Positions 18,392 through 25,967 of a DNA stretch of 33,485 nt are shown in pieces. Origin of the DNA: an archaeon BMS3Abin16. Its GTDB lineage: Archaea; Hydrothermarchaeota; Hydrothermarchaeia; Hydrothermarchaeales; SZUA-236. The notes beneath the pieces are model-generated. The model saw only the letters and a list, made by a program, of their open reading frames with translations. It searched no databases and was not told where the DNA came from. The stretch spans positions 1 to 33,485 of the forward strand of contig BDTI01000175.1 in NCBI GenBank assembly GCA_002923215.1, given 5' to 3'. Each line of letters opens with the position of its first letter. Position 1 is the first letter of the stretch. A program made the translations under genes and the position numbers.

Positions 18392-19118
18392 ATACAGTTC
18401 TCTCAGACAGAGGGATCTGCTGCTTGAAGGGTATAAAGCAGGGGCAACATCGATTGCAGGTCTTATCGCCTTTGGACGGGGCGAAGCCTTTGATTATCTT
18501 CTGGGCGAGAAAACCCCAAAGTCTGCGCTTCCGGCGATTGAAGCGTCTGCCGCGCTTCTTTTAACTGCTGAAAAACCGGTGATCTCGGTGAATGGTAATA
18601 CCACTGTATTATGTCCGCGCGAGCTTGTTGAACTCGCATCCACCCTTGGCGCAAAGCTTGAGATCAACCTTTTTTACAGGACAGAAGAACGGATTAAAGT
18701 GATTGAAACACTTCTTCGGCGAAACGGCGCAGACAAAGTTTACGGCGCGAGGCCTGACACCGAGGTTGCGGGGCTTGAAAGCGAGAGGCGGCGAGTCGAT
18801 TCAAAGGGCATAGCAAGCGCAGATGTAGTATTTGTGGCTCTTGAAGACGGCGACCGCACAGAGGCGCTTGTAAAGTCAGGAAAAAAGGTTATCGCCCTTG
18901 ATCTCAACCCACTCTCCCGCACCGCAAAAACCGCAGACATAACAATCGTTGATAACATCATCCGGGCTGTTCCTCTGCTTATAGAGACAGTGAAAAAACT
19001 GAAACACACCGATAAAGCTGAGCTTGAAAAAATAGTCTCAAACTATGACAACCAGAAAATCCTTAAGTCAGCAGTCACCGAAATACAGAGGAGCCTGAAA
19101 AAATCATCCACCCAGTAA
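18360..19118 (+). CDS. 4-phosphopantoate--beta-alanine ligase (archaeal phosphopantothenate synthetase, CoA pathway)
   Basis: IPKSHPRYSSLRQRDLL...GLIAFGRGEAFDYLLGEKT matches the conserved N-terminus of the archaeal PPS family (COG1701). The start may instead be the ATG at 18369. Confidence 0.8.
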   Translation: MLKMIPKSHPRYSSLRQRDLLLEGYKAGATSIAGLIAFGRGEAFDYLLGEKTPKSALPAIEASAALLLTAEKPVISVNGNTTVLCPRELVELASTLGAKLEINLFYRTEERIKVIETLLRRNGADKVYGARPDTEVAGLESERRRVDSKGIASADVVFVALEDGDRTEALVKSGKKVIALDLNPLSRTAKTADITIVDNIIRAVPLLIETVKKLKHTDKAELEKIVSNYDNQKILKSAVTEIQRSLKKSSTQ

Positions 19119-19124
19119 AAAAAG

Positions 19125-19496
19125 TCATCCTTCGAGAAGCCATCTCACGGTTTCAACCAGCTTCGCCCGTGAAATCGGCTTGTTCAAATGCCAGTTCGCA
19201 TGGGCAGACTCAAGACTCATAAGAGCGTCCATCGTCGTGGTCTTCGCTGTGAGCATGCAGATGATAATGTCTTTGAGCTTCTCATTTTCCTTGATCCGCC
19301 GTGAAACCTCCCAGCCATCCATTTCAGGCATCATAATATCTAGCAGGATAAGATCCGGCTTCACACCGCTGTAGAGAAGTCCGAGACACTCCTCACCGCT
19401 TGCCGCGGTTGTTACACTATGCCCCTCAGCCTCTAATGTGATCTTAACAAGAGTTGTTATCTCAGGATTGTCGTCTACAACCATAATATTTGCCAT
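19125..19496 (-). CDS. Stand-alone response-regulator receiver domain (CheY-like)
   Basis: From the ATG at 19496 (GGTGA lies 6-8 nt upstream) the protein reads MANIMVVDDNPE...LILLDIMMPEMDGWEV...MLTAK. It has the acidic pocket, the phospho-acceptor Asp and the conserved Thr/Lys. There is no output domain. Confidence 0.85.
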   Translation of the reverse strand: MANIMVVDDNPEITTLVKITLEAEGHSVTTAASGEECLGLLYSGVKPDLILLDIMMPEMDGWEVSRRIKENEKLKDIIICMLTAKTTTMDALMSLESAHANWHLNKPISRAKLVETVRWLLEG

Positions 19497-19509
19497 AATA
19501 ATTTCACCT

Positions 19510-19842
19510 TTATCTTGTGAGTTTAACACCCCAGTAAAATGCCACAAAAATCGCCACTAGCAAGAGTGGGATCACGATAAATGGGGATCTTGCGATTTCA
19601 ACTGCCTGGGCGAGTACAGTTCCCGCCGTGCCTGTGACTATGCCTGTGTCCACCTCTGACTGCCGACCGCTGTATTCACTCCAAACCAGAAAGAGCGCTC
19701 CAATCATCAAAACACCCGCAAAGAGTGTGAAAAGCGTTTTTCGACCTCTCTGCCCCTTTAAAACCTGAGACTCACATTCCATGCATAGAGGAGACCCTTG
19801 CGTAGATTTGCCACATATCTGACACTTATTCATAGGCTTCAT
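19510..19842 (-). CDS. Zinc-ribbon membrane protein (hypothetical)
   Basis: 110 aa. CQICGKSTQGSPLCMEC is a CxxC-x9-CxxC ribbon. It is followed by two hydrophobic helices. Its ATG overlaps the TGA of the upstream gene as ATGA at 19842-19839. Confidence 0.6.
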   Translation of the reverse strand: MKPMNKCQICGKSTQGSPLCMECESQVLKGQRGRKTLFTLFAGVLMIGALFLVWSEYSGRQSEVDTGIVTGTAGTVLAQAVEIARSPFIVIPLLLVAIFVAFYWGVKLTR

Positions 19843-20234
19843 TTTTTATTGAGATAATAATAGACTGTTGTAAGCGGTATGCCGAGGTCCTTTGAAATCT
19901 TCTTTGCACTGTAGCCTTTTTTCTTCAAGCCATATATGCCGTCGATCTTTGTATCAGCATGCATCCTGGGCCTACCCGGTGTGAGCAGAAGCGCTTCAAA
20001 CTTTACACCCACCTTTGAAAGGGCTTCTTTAATCTTTCGCGGCGTGCGCTCAAAAAGGCTCGGCGGACATGTGATAAGCTTAATCTTCGGAGCAGCGGTA
20101 AGAATAGATGCAACAATATTTATTGTCGGCCGAACGCTGAGATGCACCTTCTGAACATCAACATTTAGCTTGTCCTTAATCTCCTGCAGAAGAACCTCGT
20201 TTTGACTCGACCGAAGAACAATAATCTCCTCCAT
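19839..20234 (-). CDS. Hypothetical protein with a C-terminal HTH (possibly the archaeal DUF1699 family)
   Basis: 131 aa. The C-terminus GYSAKKISKDLGIPLTTVYYYLNKK is a resolvase/Hin-type HTH. The family name is from memory and is unverified. Confidence 0.6.
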   Translation of the reverse strand: MEEIIVLRSSQNEVLLQEIKDKLNVDVQKVHLSVRPTINIVASILTAAPKIKLITCPPSLFERTPRKIKEALSKVGVKFEALLLTPGRPRMHADTKIDGIYGLKKKGYSAKKISKDLGIPLTTVYYYLNKK

Positions 20235-20363
20235 AACATCTAATTCAAGTAGAGGTATAAAAATTTATTGTAAACACAACTGGCGTCAAGACCAAAAAAT
20301 AAAAATATGAAAGTGCCCCTCCGCCACCAGCTAATCACCGGGTGAAGCTTGAAAGGACAGATT

Positions 20364-21515
20364 TTAAACTGTCAGCCAATCCTCATAACGGACATTACGC
20401 GACTTCTTCTCACCCGTCATGCTGAGGATAATGTCTTTAACCGTTTTCACAGCCAGGGGATGAAGCATCATCATAATATCAGCGCCTGCCATGAGAACCG
20501 CTGTACCGGTCACGATCTCCCAAAGCGGACCCCGATGCTCACGGGGGCCCCATGCATCGTTATTGAGCCATGACTCGCGGGCGCCCCAGGCATTTGTGAC
20601 ACCGCATGAAATCGGCATCTGAAGCTCTTCATCACCCTTAAGCGCTCCGATCTTCATACGCTCAATAATCGAATAAGTATAGTCAAGGCCGTAGCCAAGT
20701 GCGCCGGTGGTCGGGTCCTGCACGATCTGATCCTGAGTAAGCCCTTCATCAAACAAAAGCCTGTTCAAGCTTTTCTGATCATTGATATTCATCGAAGTCC
20801 ATGAGAGGACGTTGTGCTTGTATTTGATCGCGGCTTGAGCAATCTTTTTGTAATCAAGATCAAGGTTTGCCGATGCAAGCAGGCATCTTTCACCCTCAGC
20901 CGCTTCAGCGCATTTCTCAAGGACCAAGGGGTCTTTTTCAGGTGTGCCTGAGCCTCCGATGACAAGGGGAACGTCAACAGCTTGAAGCACGTCTTCAACG
21001 GTCTTCGCAGCCTCCCTGGGACTTGAATCCTGATTATTCGGGTCAGTGGACGTGAGATGAATCGTAACAAGATCAGCACCCATCTTAACAGCTTTCTTCG
21101 CCCACTCCGCCGGGTCGTGCCACACATCTTCCACATGCTCGCGAATCGCGCGGGGAAGCGGCGGCGCAACGTCAAAGACATCAAAGGTTACAACAGGCCG
21201 GTTCACAATCCCGCCTTCAAACCAGTAGAGCGATTTCTGAGCGCCAAGCTTGACAACATGCTTGCGAGTCCCACCTTCAGACTTTGTAGCGCCAAGCTGA
21301 ACCTCGGCAACACTTCCTTTGTACTCACGAATCGGGACTTTGTATTCAAGGGGCGCAAGCTCTGGCGAAACACCGACACCTGCCACACTGGGCATGCCAG
21401 ATGCGATCAGCGCCTGCTGCACCTTTAGTATAAGCTCCTCAGTATCAATAGTCACATTCTCAAGCTCAATCTCATCAGCACCAGCAAAAGACGAAAGTAA
21501 CTCCTCAAGATTCAT
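20364..21515 (-). CDS. cdhD: Acetyl-CoA decarbonylase/synthase complex subunit delta (corrinoid Fe-S protein small subunit)
   Basis: 383 aa. It has long blocks shared with Methanosarcina CdhD: TIHLTSTDP, AAKTVEDVLQAVDVPLVIGGSG, GERCLLASANLDLDY, VLSWT, DPTTGALGYGLDY, TNAWGARESW, WGPREHRGPLWEIVTG and MMMLHP. Confidence 0.9.
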   Translation of the reverse strand: MNLEELLSSFAGADEIELENVTIDTEELILKVQQALIASGMPSVAGVGVSPELAPLEYKVPIREYKGSVAEVQLGATKSEGGTRKHVVKLGAQKSLYWFEGGIVNRPVVTFDVFDVAPPLPRAIREHVEDVWHDPAEWAKKAVKMGADLVTIHLTSTDPNNQDSSPREAAKTVEDVLQAVDVPLVIGGSGTPEKDPLVLEKCAEAAEGERCLLASANLDLDYKKIAQAAIKYKHNVLSWTSMNINDQKSLNRLLFDEGLTQDQIVQDPTTGALGYGLDYTYSIIERMKIGALKGDEELQMPISCGVTNAWGARESWLNNDAWGPREHRGPLWEIVTGTAVLMAGADIMMMLHPLAVKTVKDIILSMTGEKKSRNVRYEDWLTV

Positions 21516-21532
21516 AAGGGCTCATCTAAGCG

Positions 21533-22135
21533 TTATTCTATATAATTATTATTGTCACCGACGATTTCCTCTTCTTCCACATACCAGTCTCTGCTTGCCA
21601 TGTATCCTGCGATGAATCCGATGATAAGTCCTACGAGGTGTGCGAGAAAACCGGTTGCCGCTGCGAGGAAAAAGAAGACAAAGCCGTAGAGCATCGAGCT
21701 CCATATGCCGTTTGTGTAGACTCCGCGTTGAGCTGAGAGGTCTGCTCCAAGCAGGCCGTATATCGCGCCTGACGACCCGGCTGATATCGTGTCCAGAGGA
21801 TAGAGGAATGAGACAGATGTGGTTGCAAGTCCGAACAATAGGTAGAATAAAAGTGTTCGGCTTCGTCCGAATAGAGCTTCTGCCTTGGATCCGAAGAATG
21901 CGAGAAACAACATGTTATAGCCCAAGTGCGGGAAGTCGAAGTGTGTGAACATGTTCGTAACTATCTGATAGTACGCGCCTCCGAGAAACCGTTCAGTTAC
22001 AAAGCCGTATCGCTCCATGAGCCCTGTGTCGATTACCAGTATGTTACGACTCTGAATCGCGAGATAGATGTAGAATAGAATGTTAACTGTGAGCAAGGCA
22101 TATGTTACGATGGGCCGGGACTCGTCTCGCGACAT
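21533..22135 (-). CDS. Rhomboid-family intramembrane serine protease
   Basis: 200 aa with six hydrophobic helices. The TM2 motif is THFDFPHLGYNMLFL (HxxxxHxxxN). The catalytic GxSG is AGSSGAIYGL. The catalytic His block is AHLVGLIIG. Confidence 0.85.
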   Translation of the reverse strand: MSRDESRPIVTYALLTVNILFYIYLAIQSRNILVIDTGLMERYGFVTERFLGGAYYQIVTNMFTHFDFPHLGYNMLFLAFFGSKAEALFGRSRTLLFYLLFGLATTSVSFLYPLDTISAGSSGAIYGLLGADLSAQRGVYTNGIWSSMLYGFVFFFLAAATGFLAHLVGLIIGFIAGYMASRDWYVEEEEIVGDNNNYIE

Positions 22136-22140
22136 AAGTT

Positions 22141-22890
22141 TTACGACGCGCCTGTTAGCCTATCCTTTATCTTCAGTATTTCAACTAGCGCCGGTGAGTC
22201 CGGGGGAAGCTCTGGAAGCGGCCGCCCAGTGTAGTCAAACTCCAAAACATTTCGATCCTCAGGGATTGCGCCTAAAACTTCGAGTCCGAATGCTTCAAGC
22301 TCTTTTTTAATTCCCTCAGCCATACCGGGGTCTGCGCGGTTTATCACTACATAGAGTTTTTTGAAGTCAATGTCAAGGTCAGCGGCCAGGTTTTTTATCC
22401 GTTTTGCAGTCTCGATTCCTCGCTTCGATGTGTCGGTGACAACGATCATCGTGTCTACATCCTGCGTGGTCCTGCGTGAGAGGTGTTCAAGCCCGGCTTC
22501 GGTGTCGATTACCACGGTTTTGTAGCCTTTCGCCCACTTGTCAATAATCTCGCGCAGCATATGGTTTACAGCGCAGTAGCATCCGCTGCCCTCAGGTCGG
22601 CCCATGGCGAGTAGGTCGAAGTTATCAGTCTCCTCAATCGTGCCCAGTGTATGATATTCAAGGACGTCGTGGAGTGTTTTTCCCGGTGAGCGGTTTCGAG
22701 ATTCAAGTATTTCCTCGCGCACATCGCCAATCGTTTTTTCTACTTTGATCCCAAGTGCGTCGGGGAGGTTTGAATCCGGGTCTGCGTCGATTGCGAGGAG
22801 GTCCTGGTTTTCATCTGAAAATACTTTTACAAGCAGCGCTGAAAGCATGGTTTTGCCTACGCCGCCTTTACCTGAAACTGCGATTAACAT
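22141..22890 (-). CDS. cooC: CooC-type nickel-insertion ATPase (CO dehydrogenase/ACS maturation factor)
   Basis: From the ATG at 22890 (GGTGA upstream) the protein reads MLIAVSGKGGVGKT (deviant Walker A). The CooC-specific CxC metal site is GSGCYCAVN. The 27 upstream codons of the tracked ORF are not needed. Confidence 0.88.
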   Translation of the reverse strand: MLIAVSGKGGVGKTMLSALLVKVFSDENQDLLAIDADPDSNLPDALGIKVEKTIGDVREEILESRNRSPGKTLHDVLEYHTLGTIEETDNFDLLAMGRPEGSGCYCAVNHMLREIIDKWAKGYKTVVIDTEAGLEHLSRRTTQDVDTMIVVTDTSKRGIETAKRIKNLAADLDIDFKKLYVVINRADPGMAEGIKKELEAFGLEVLGAIPEDRNVLEFDYTGRPLPELPPDSPALVEILKIKDRLTGAS

Positions 22891-23015
22891 ATTCTTTTTC
22901 ACCTGCCCTTGGATATTTAATCTGAACGATGAAAAAGGTTTTGGTAATAAAGGTGCTTTTGGCAGCCACATTTTTTAATCATGACTTCATTCAACATTTA
23001 CTGAGTGATTTGAAG

Positions 23016-23747
23016 ATGAATGCAGCAGATGAAATAATTGAGATTTTCACCTCAAAAGGGATCTCCCAAAATGCGAGGGCAGTGATTGTTACCTGTGTGG
23101 ACCCGGATTATAATGCAGCGTCACTAGCTGACGATGTGTCTGATGAGAGTTTAAAAACTCTGCTCGCCGGGCTTAAGGTCTGGTACGACTCATCAAATGT
23201 TCAGCAGGCAGCACCAGGTTGGACACAGTTTGCCATGGCATACACTGGGCGGGAAAAAGGATTTGTTGAGATAGATAAAAAGATGGTTAAAGACAGTCTT
23301 CAAAATGGCGTTGTCCAGATAGCTGTGGACACCAGGGGGAAAACTGTTGTCCTCGCCATCCCCGGCGACTGTTATGCATTTAATCTGAAGGGAGCTGGAT
23401 TTGCCTTTGGACAGCCGCATGCAGCAGGCCCGGATGCTGCAACAATGCTTTTACAAACTATTTTAGACTGTGCTGTTGATTGGGAGAATGGAGGGGTGAA
23501 TCTTGTTTTAATGGCGCACCCGGACTGCAGACTCTACGCATTTAACGAAGGAGACATTAAAGATGGCAAGAGTCTTTCTACAAACACATTCTTGGAAAGC
23601 ACATATCATAAATGCGAATCACACCTTAAAAACAGAGGCTTTCTGGACCTTTCAAAAGCTGTTTCACACCGACCTAATCTCAGGGTTTTAAAGGCTGTTC
23701 CAAACTACAGTGCGAACCGAACACCCTGCATCTCAGATCAGGGGTAG
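23016..23747 (+). CDS. Hypothetical soluble protein (243 aa), family not recognised
   Basis: The ORF begins at the ATG at 23016 (MNAADEIIEIF...). The earlier start at 22929 would overlap the cooC 5' region. Composition is globular, with no motif I can name. Confidence 0.6.
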   Translation: MNAADEIIEIFTSKGISQNARAVIVTCVDPDYNAASLADDVSDESLKTLLAGLKVWYDSSNVQQAAPGWTQFAMAYTGREKGFVEIDKKMVKDSLQNGVVQIAVDTRGKTVVLAIPGDCYAFNLKGAGFAFGQPHAAGPDAATMLLQTILDCAVDWENGGVNLVLMAHPDCRLYAFNEGDIKDGKSLSTNTFLESTYHKCESHLKNRGFLDLSKAVSHRPNLRVLKAVPNYSANRTPCISDQG

Positions 23748-23797
23748 ACCCTGGCTTGTGGAAAACTTTAAATGCGAGACTAGGTTAAAACAGATTT

Positions 23798-24076
23798 ATG
23801 CCGGTTTCAACTGAACTTCTGGAGATACTTGCCTGCCCGATTGACAAAAAAGACGTGGTTTATCACAGGGACTATGACTTCATATTCTGCGAGAAATGCG
23901 ATGTCCGCTATCCAGCTGACCGAGCGGAGGGCAAGGATGTTTGCGCTAAGTGCGGCGGCGATGCTGAAAAGATCAAATGTGACGTTCTGATATGCAGCGA
24001 GTGTAACAGGTGGTATCCGATTATCGATGACATCCCCCATATGCTTCCAGACGAGCTGCGGGAAGATCTGGTCTGA
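23798..24076 (+). CDS. Trm112-like (DUF343/UPF0434) zinc-ribbon protein with an extra internal CxxC pair
   Basis: The N-terminus LLEILACPIDKK and the C-terminus CSECNRWYPIIDDIPHMLPDE are the Trm112 hallmarks. Between them lie CEKC...CAKC. Confidence 0.75.
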   Translation: MPVSTELLEILACPIDKKDVVYHRDYDFIFCEKCDVRYPADRAEGKDVCAKCGGDAEKIKCDVLICSECNRWYPIIDDIPHMLPDELREDLV

Positions 24077-24217
24077 CTATCTATCGATTAGTTTTTCAAC
24101 ACTTGCATATATTTCTCTGCTCTTTTCGTTCAGATATGCCCACTTTTCAGGGAGCGTCATTTTTTCATATCTTTTCCAATCGATAGGTGAAGATTCGGTG
24201 GGTGCTATCTCACGCAT
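24077..24217 (-). CDS. Possible small ORF (46 aa), hypothetical
   Basis: ATG at 24217-24215 to TAG at 24079-24077 gives MREIAPTESSPIDWKRYEKMTLPEKWAYLNEKSREIYASVEKLIDR. The sequence is charged and helical and lies below the ORF-track cutoff. An AT-rich region with TTTATAAAT lies upstream. There is no other support. Confidence 0.25.
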   Translation of the reverse strand: MREIAPTESSPIDWKRYEKMTLPEKWAYLNEKSREIYASVEKLIDR

Positions 24218-24330
24218 GTTGGAATATTCTAATTGCTAATTTATAAATCTTTTCTTCTTTTGGTGTTTTACTATCAGATTTGGTAGAAATATATTAAATA
24301 GCCTCTCCCCCTTTCAAAAATCAGATTAAC

Positions 24331-24603
24331 TTGAACGGAAATATCTTGAAGATACTCTCTCAAAAAGGCGTTTTAGAGATACTAGAAAACCTGGATAAAA
24401 AAAGGAGCCTCAAGTACAAAGAACTAGAGGAATTTGTAGGCAATCCCAGCACCACATCCAGAAGGCTAAACAGCCTTGAAAAAAAAGGCATAGTCGAAAG
24501 ACACGTATCATCTGAAAAATACCGGCCAGTCTACTACCAGCTAACAGACAAAGGAAGAAAGCTCCTATCCCACGTGCGAGAGTTGCGTGAAAACTACGGA
24601 TAA
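24331..24603 (+). CDS. Small winged-helix transcriptional regulator (HxlR/ArsR-like)
   Basis: 90 aa with a TTG start. GVLEILENL...LKYKELEEFVGNPSTTSRRLNSLEKKGIVERH...YQLTDKGRKL has the layout of a wHTH with a beta-wing. Confidence 0.7.
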   Translation: MNGNILKILSQKGVLEILENLDKKRSLKYKELEEFVGNPSTTSRRLNSLEKKGIVERHVSSEKYRPVYYQLTDKGRKLLSHVRELRENYG

Positions 24604-24635
24604 GATTTAAAAGGCCGTCCAGCCTAACTCTTTCA

Positions 24636-24712
24636 CCGCTGTGATGAATGATGGGCAAACTGATTTTCCACACTTGATGGGAAAAGAGATGAACCCTATG
24701 AGCTCTGAGCGG
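24636..24712 (+). ncRNA. C/D box sRNA candidate (2'-O-methylation guide)
   Basis: The C box GTGATGA is at 24641-24647. A 12-nt spacer leads to the D' box CTGA at 24660-24663. The C' box GAGATGA is at 24686-24692. A 12-nt spacer leads to the D box CTGA at 24705-24708. The flanking CCGC (24636-24639) and GCGG (24709-24712) can form the terminal stem with the 3-nt bulge a k-turn requires. The candidate lies in a convergent intergenic region. Confidence 0.5.
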
Positions 24713-24729
24713 ATTTAACCCTTCTACTT

Positions 24730-25197
24730 TTATTGGACTGCACCAAGTGATATCCGCTCGCAGATAAGCTCTCGCAGCGCGTCTGCAACCCTGCCGGGCA
24801 CAACCCCAAGCTCTGCGTCTGTAATCGAAAAAGCACACTTCAACACATTGATCCGAGACTCGTCAAGCACAATCTCAACCTCGCGCATCCCATGAGCATC
24901 AGAAAAACCAGGAGGAATCTCCGCTCCAAAGACTACAACATCCTGTGAACCATTAAGCCCGTACATCTCCAGCGCATGCTTGATCTGCCGCTGAGCCGAT
25001 GCCCATAAAAGAACCTCCACAAATATGTTAGCGCTGGTGTTACAGCCAGATTCAAAGGCGTACTCAGCCTTTTCAATGGCCAGCATGATATGCTCAAGCC
25101 CAAAGAGCAGAGAGGAGTCAACAACTTGAATACCAGGATATTTTTCAAGGATGTCTTTATTCACAGGAAGGTCACATCGATAAGCTTTTATCATCAT
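24730..25197 (-). CDS. cgi121: KEOPS complex subunit Cgi121
   Basis: From the ATG at 25197 the protein reads MMIKAYRCDL...FGLEHIMLAIEKAEYAFESG...ANIFVEVLLWASAQRQIKHALEMYG, matching the Cgi121 signature (EiLLyasgxRQIxxAi). Its ATG overlaps the MTAP TGA as ATGA (25197-25194). Confidence 0.7.
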   Translation of the reverse strand: MMIKAYRCDLPVNKDILEKYPGIQVVDSSLLFGLEHIMLAIEKAEYAFESGCNTSANIFVEVLLWASAQRQIKHALEMYGLNGSQDVVVFGAEIPPGFSDAHGMREVEIVLDESRINVLKCAFSITDAELGVVPGRVADALRELICERISLGAVQ

Positions 25198-25967
25198 ATC
25201 TTCGCGTCCAATTGGCTGCCACCACAATTGCAGCTCCTCTTCTGATCATTCAAATCTTTCACCGCTGAAATAATCGTATTCTTCACAGCCCCCTGGTTTT
25301 GCTCGATTGTCATCTTCAGCTCCTCTACCGTAAGCGGATTATCTGTAAGCCCGCACCCATAGTTAGCCACCTGACAGATAGACGCATAACAAAGCCCTGC
25401 TTCACGAGCAAGCGCTGTCTCAGGACATCCCACCATACCCACTACATCACCTCCAAGCATACGCAGCATCTTGATTTCAGCCGGTGTTTCAAACCTGGGC
25501 CCTTCAGTGCACACATAAATCCCGTGACCGTGAACATGCTGAAAATTCTGGGCCGCGCTTTTTTCAAGGACAAATCGAACTTTAGAACAATAAGGTTCTG
25601 ACATGTCAACATGTACAGTTTCACTGTCAAAAAATGTTTGAGCCCGATTCTTCGAAAGGTCAATGAAATCATTGGGGATGAGAACGCTTCCAGGCTCAAT
25701 CTTCAGGTCAAGTGAGCCCACGGAGTTAATGGAGATAACCGCTTTCGCCTGGGCTGCCTGGATTGCCGCGATATTTTTTCGGTACTCCACCCGGTGCGGC
25801 GGGAGACTGTGGTCTTTTCCATGACGGCTGATAAACATGACCTCAACCCCACTCATCTTTCCGACAACAGCCTGGCATCGGCCGAAGGGTGTTTCAATCA
25901 CAATCTCCTCCTGACCATCTAGAAAATCAGGGTCATAAAATCCGGTTCCCCCGATGATTGCGATCAT
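25194..25967 (-). CDS. mtnP: S-methyl-5'-thioadenosine phosphorylase (PNP/MTAP family)
   Basis: 257 aa. IAIIGGTGFYD, FISRHG..H..PPH.V.YRKNI, VCTEGPRFETPAE and VGMVGCPE blocks are typical of MTAP. Confidence 0.88.
   Translation of the reverse strand: MIAIIGGTGFYDPDFLDGQEEIVIETPFGRCQAVVGKMSGVEVMFISRHGKDHSLPPHRVEYRKNIAAIQAAQAKAVISINSVGSLDLKIEPGSVLIPNDFIDLSKNRAQTFFDSETVHVDMSEPYCSKVRFVLEKSAAQNFQHVHGHGIYVCTEGPRFETPAEIKMLRMLGGDVVGMVGCPETALAREAGLCYASICQVANYGCGLTDNPLTVEELKMTIEQNQGAVKNTIISAVKDLNDQKRSCNCGGSQLDAKI

Noticed and set aside
22891-23015. Longer starts for cooC (22971) and for the 272-aa ORF (22929), which would make the two divergent genes overlap
   Set aside because: The internal ATGs (22890 with GGTGA upstream, and 23016) give the expected CooC N-terminus MLIAVSGKGGVGKT. 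They also leave a normal divergent promoter region.
24674-24680. TTGATGG as the C' box of the sRNA candidate
   Set aside because: It would leave a 24-nt spacer to the D box and violate the 12-nt rule. GAGATGA at 24686-24692 gives exactly 12 nt.
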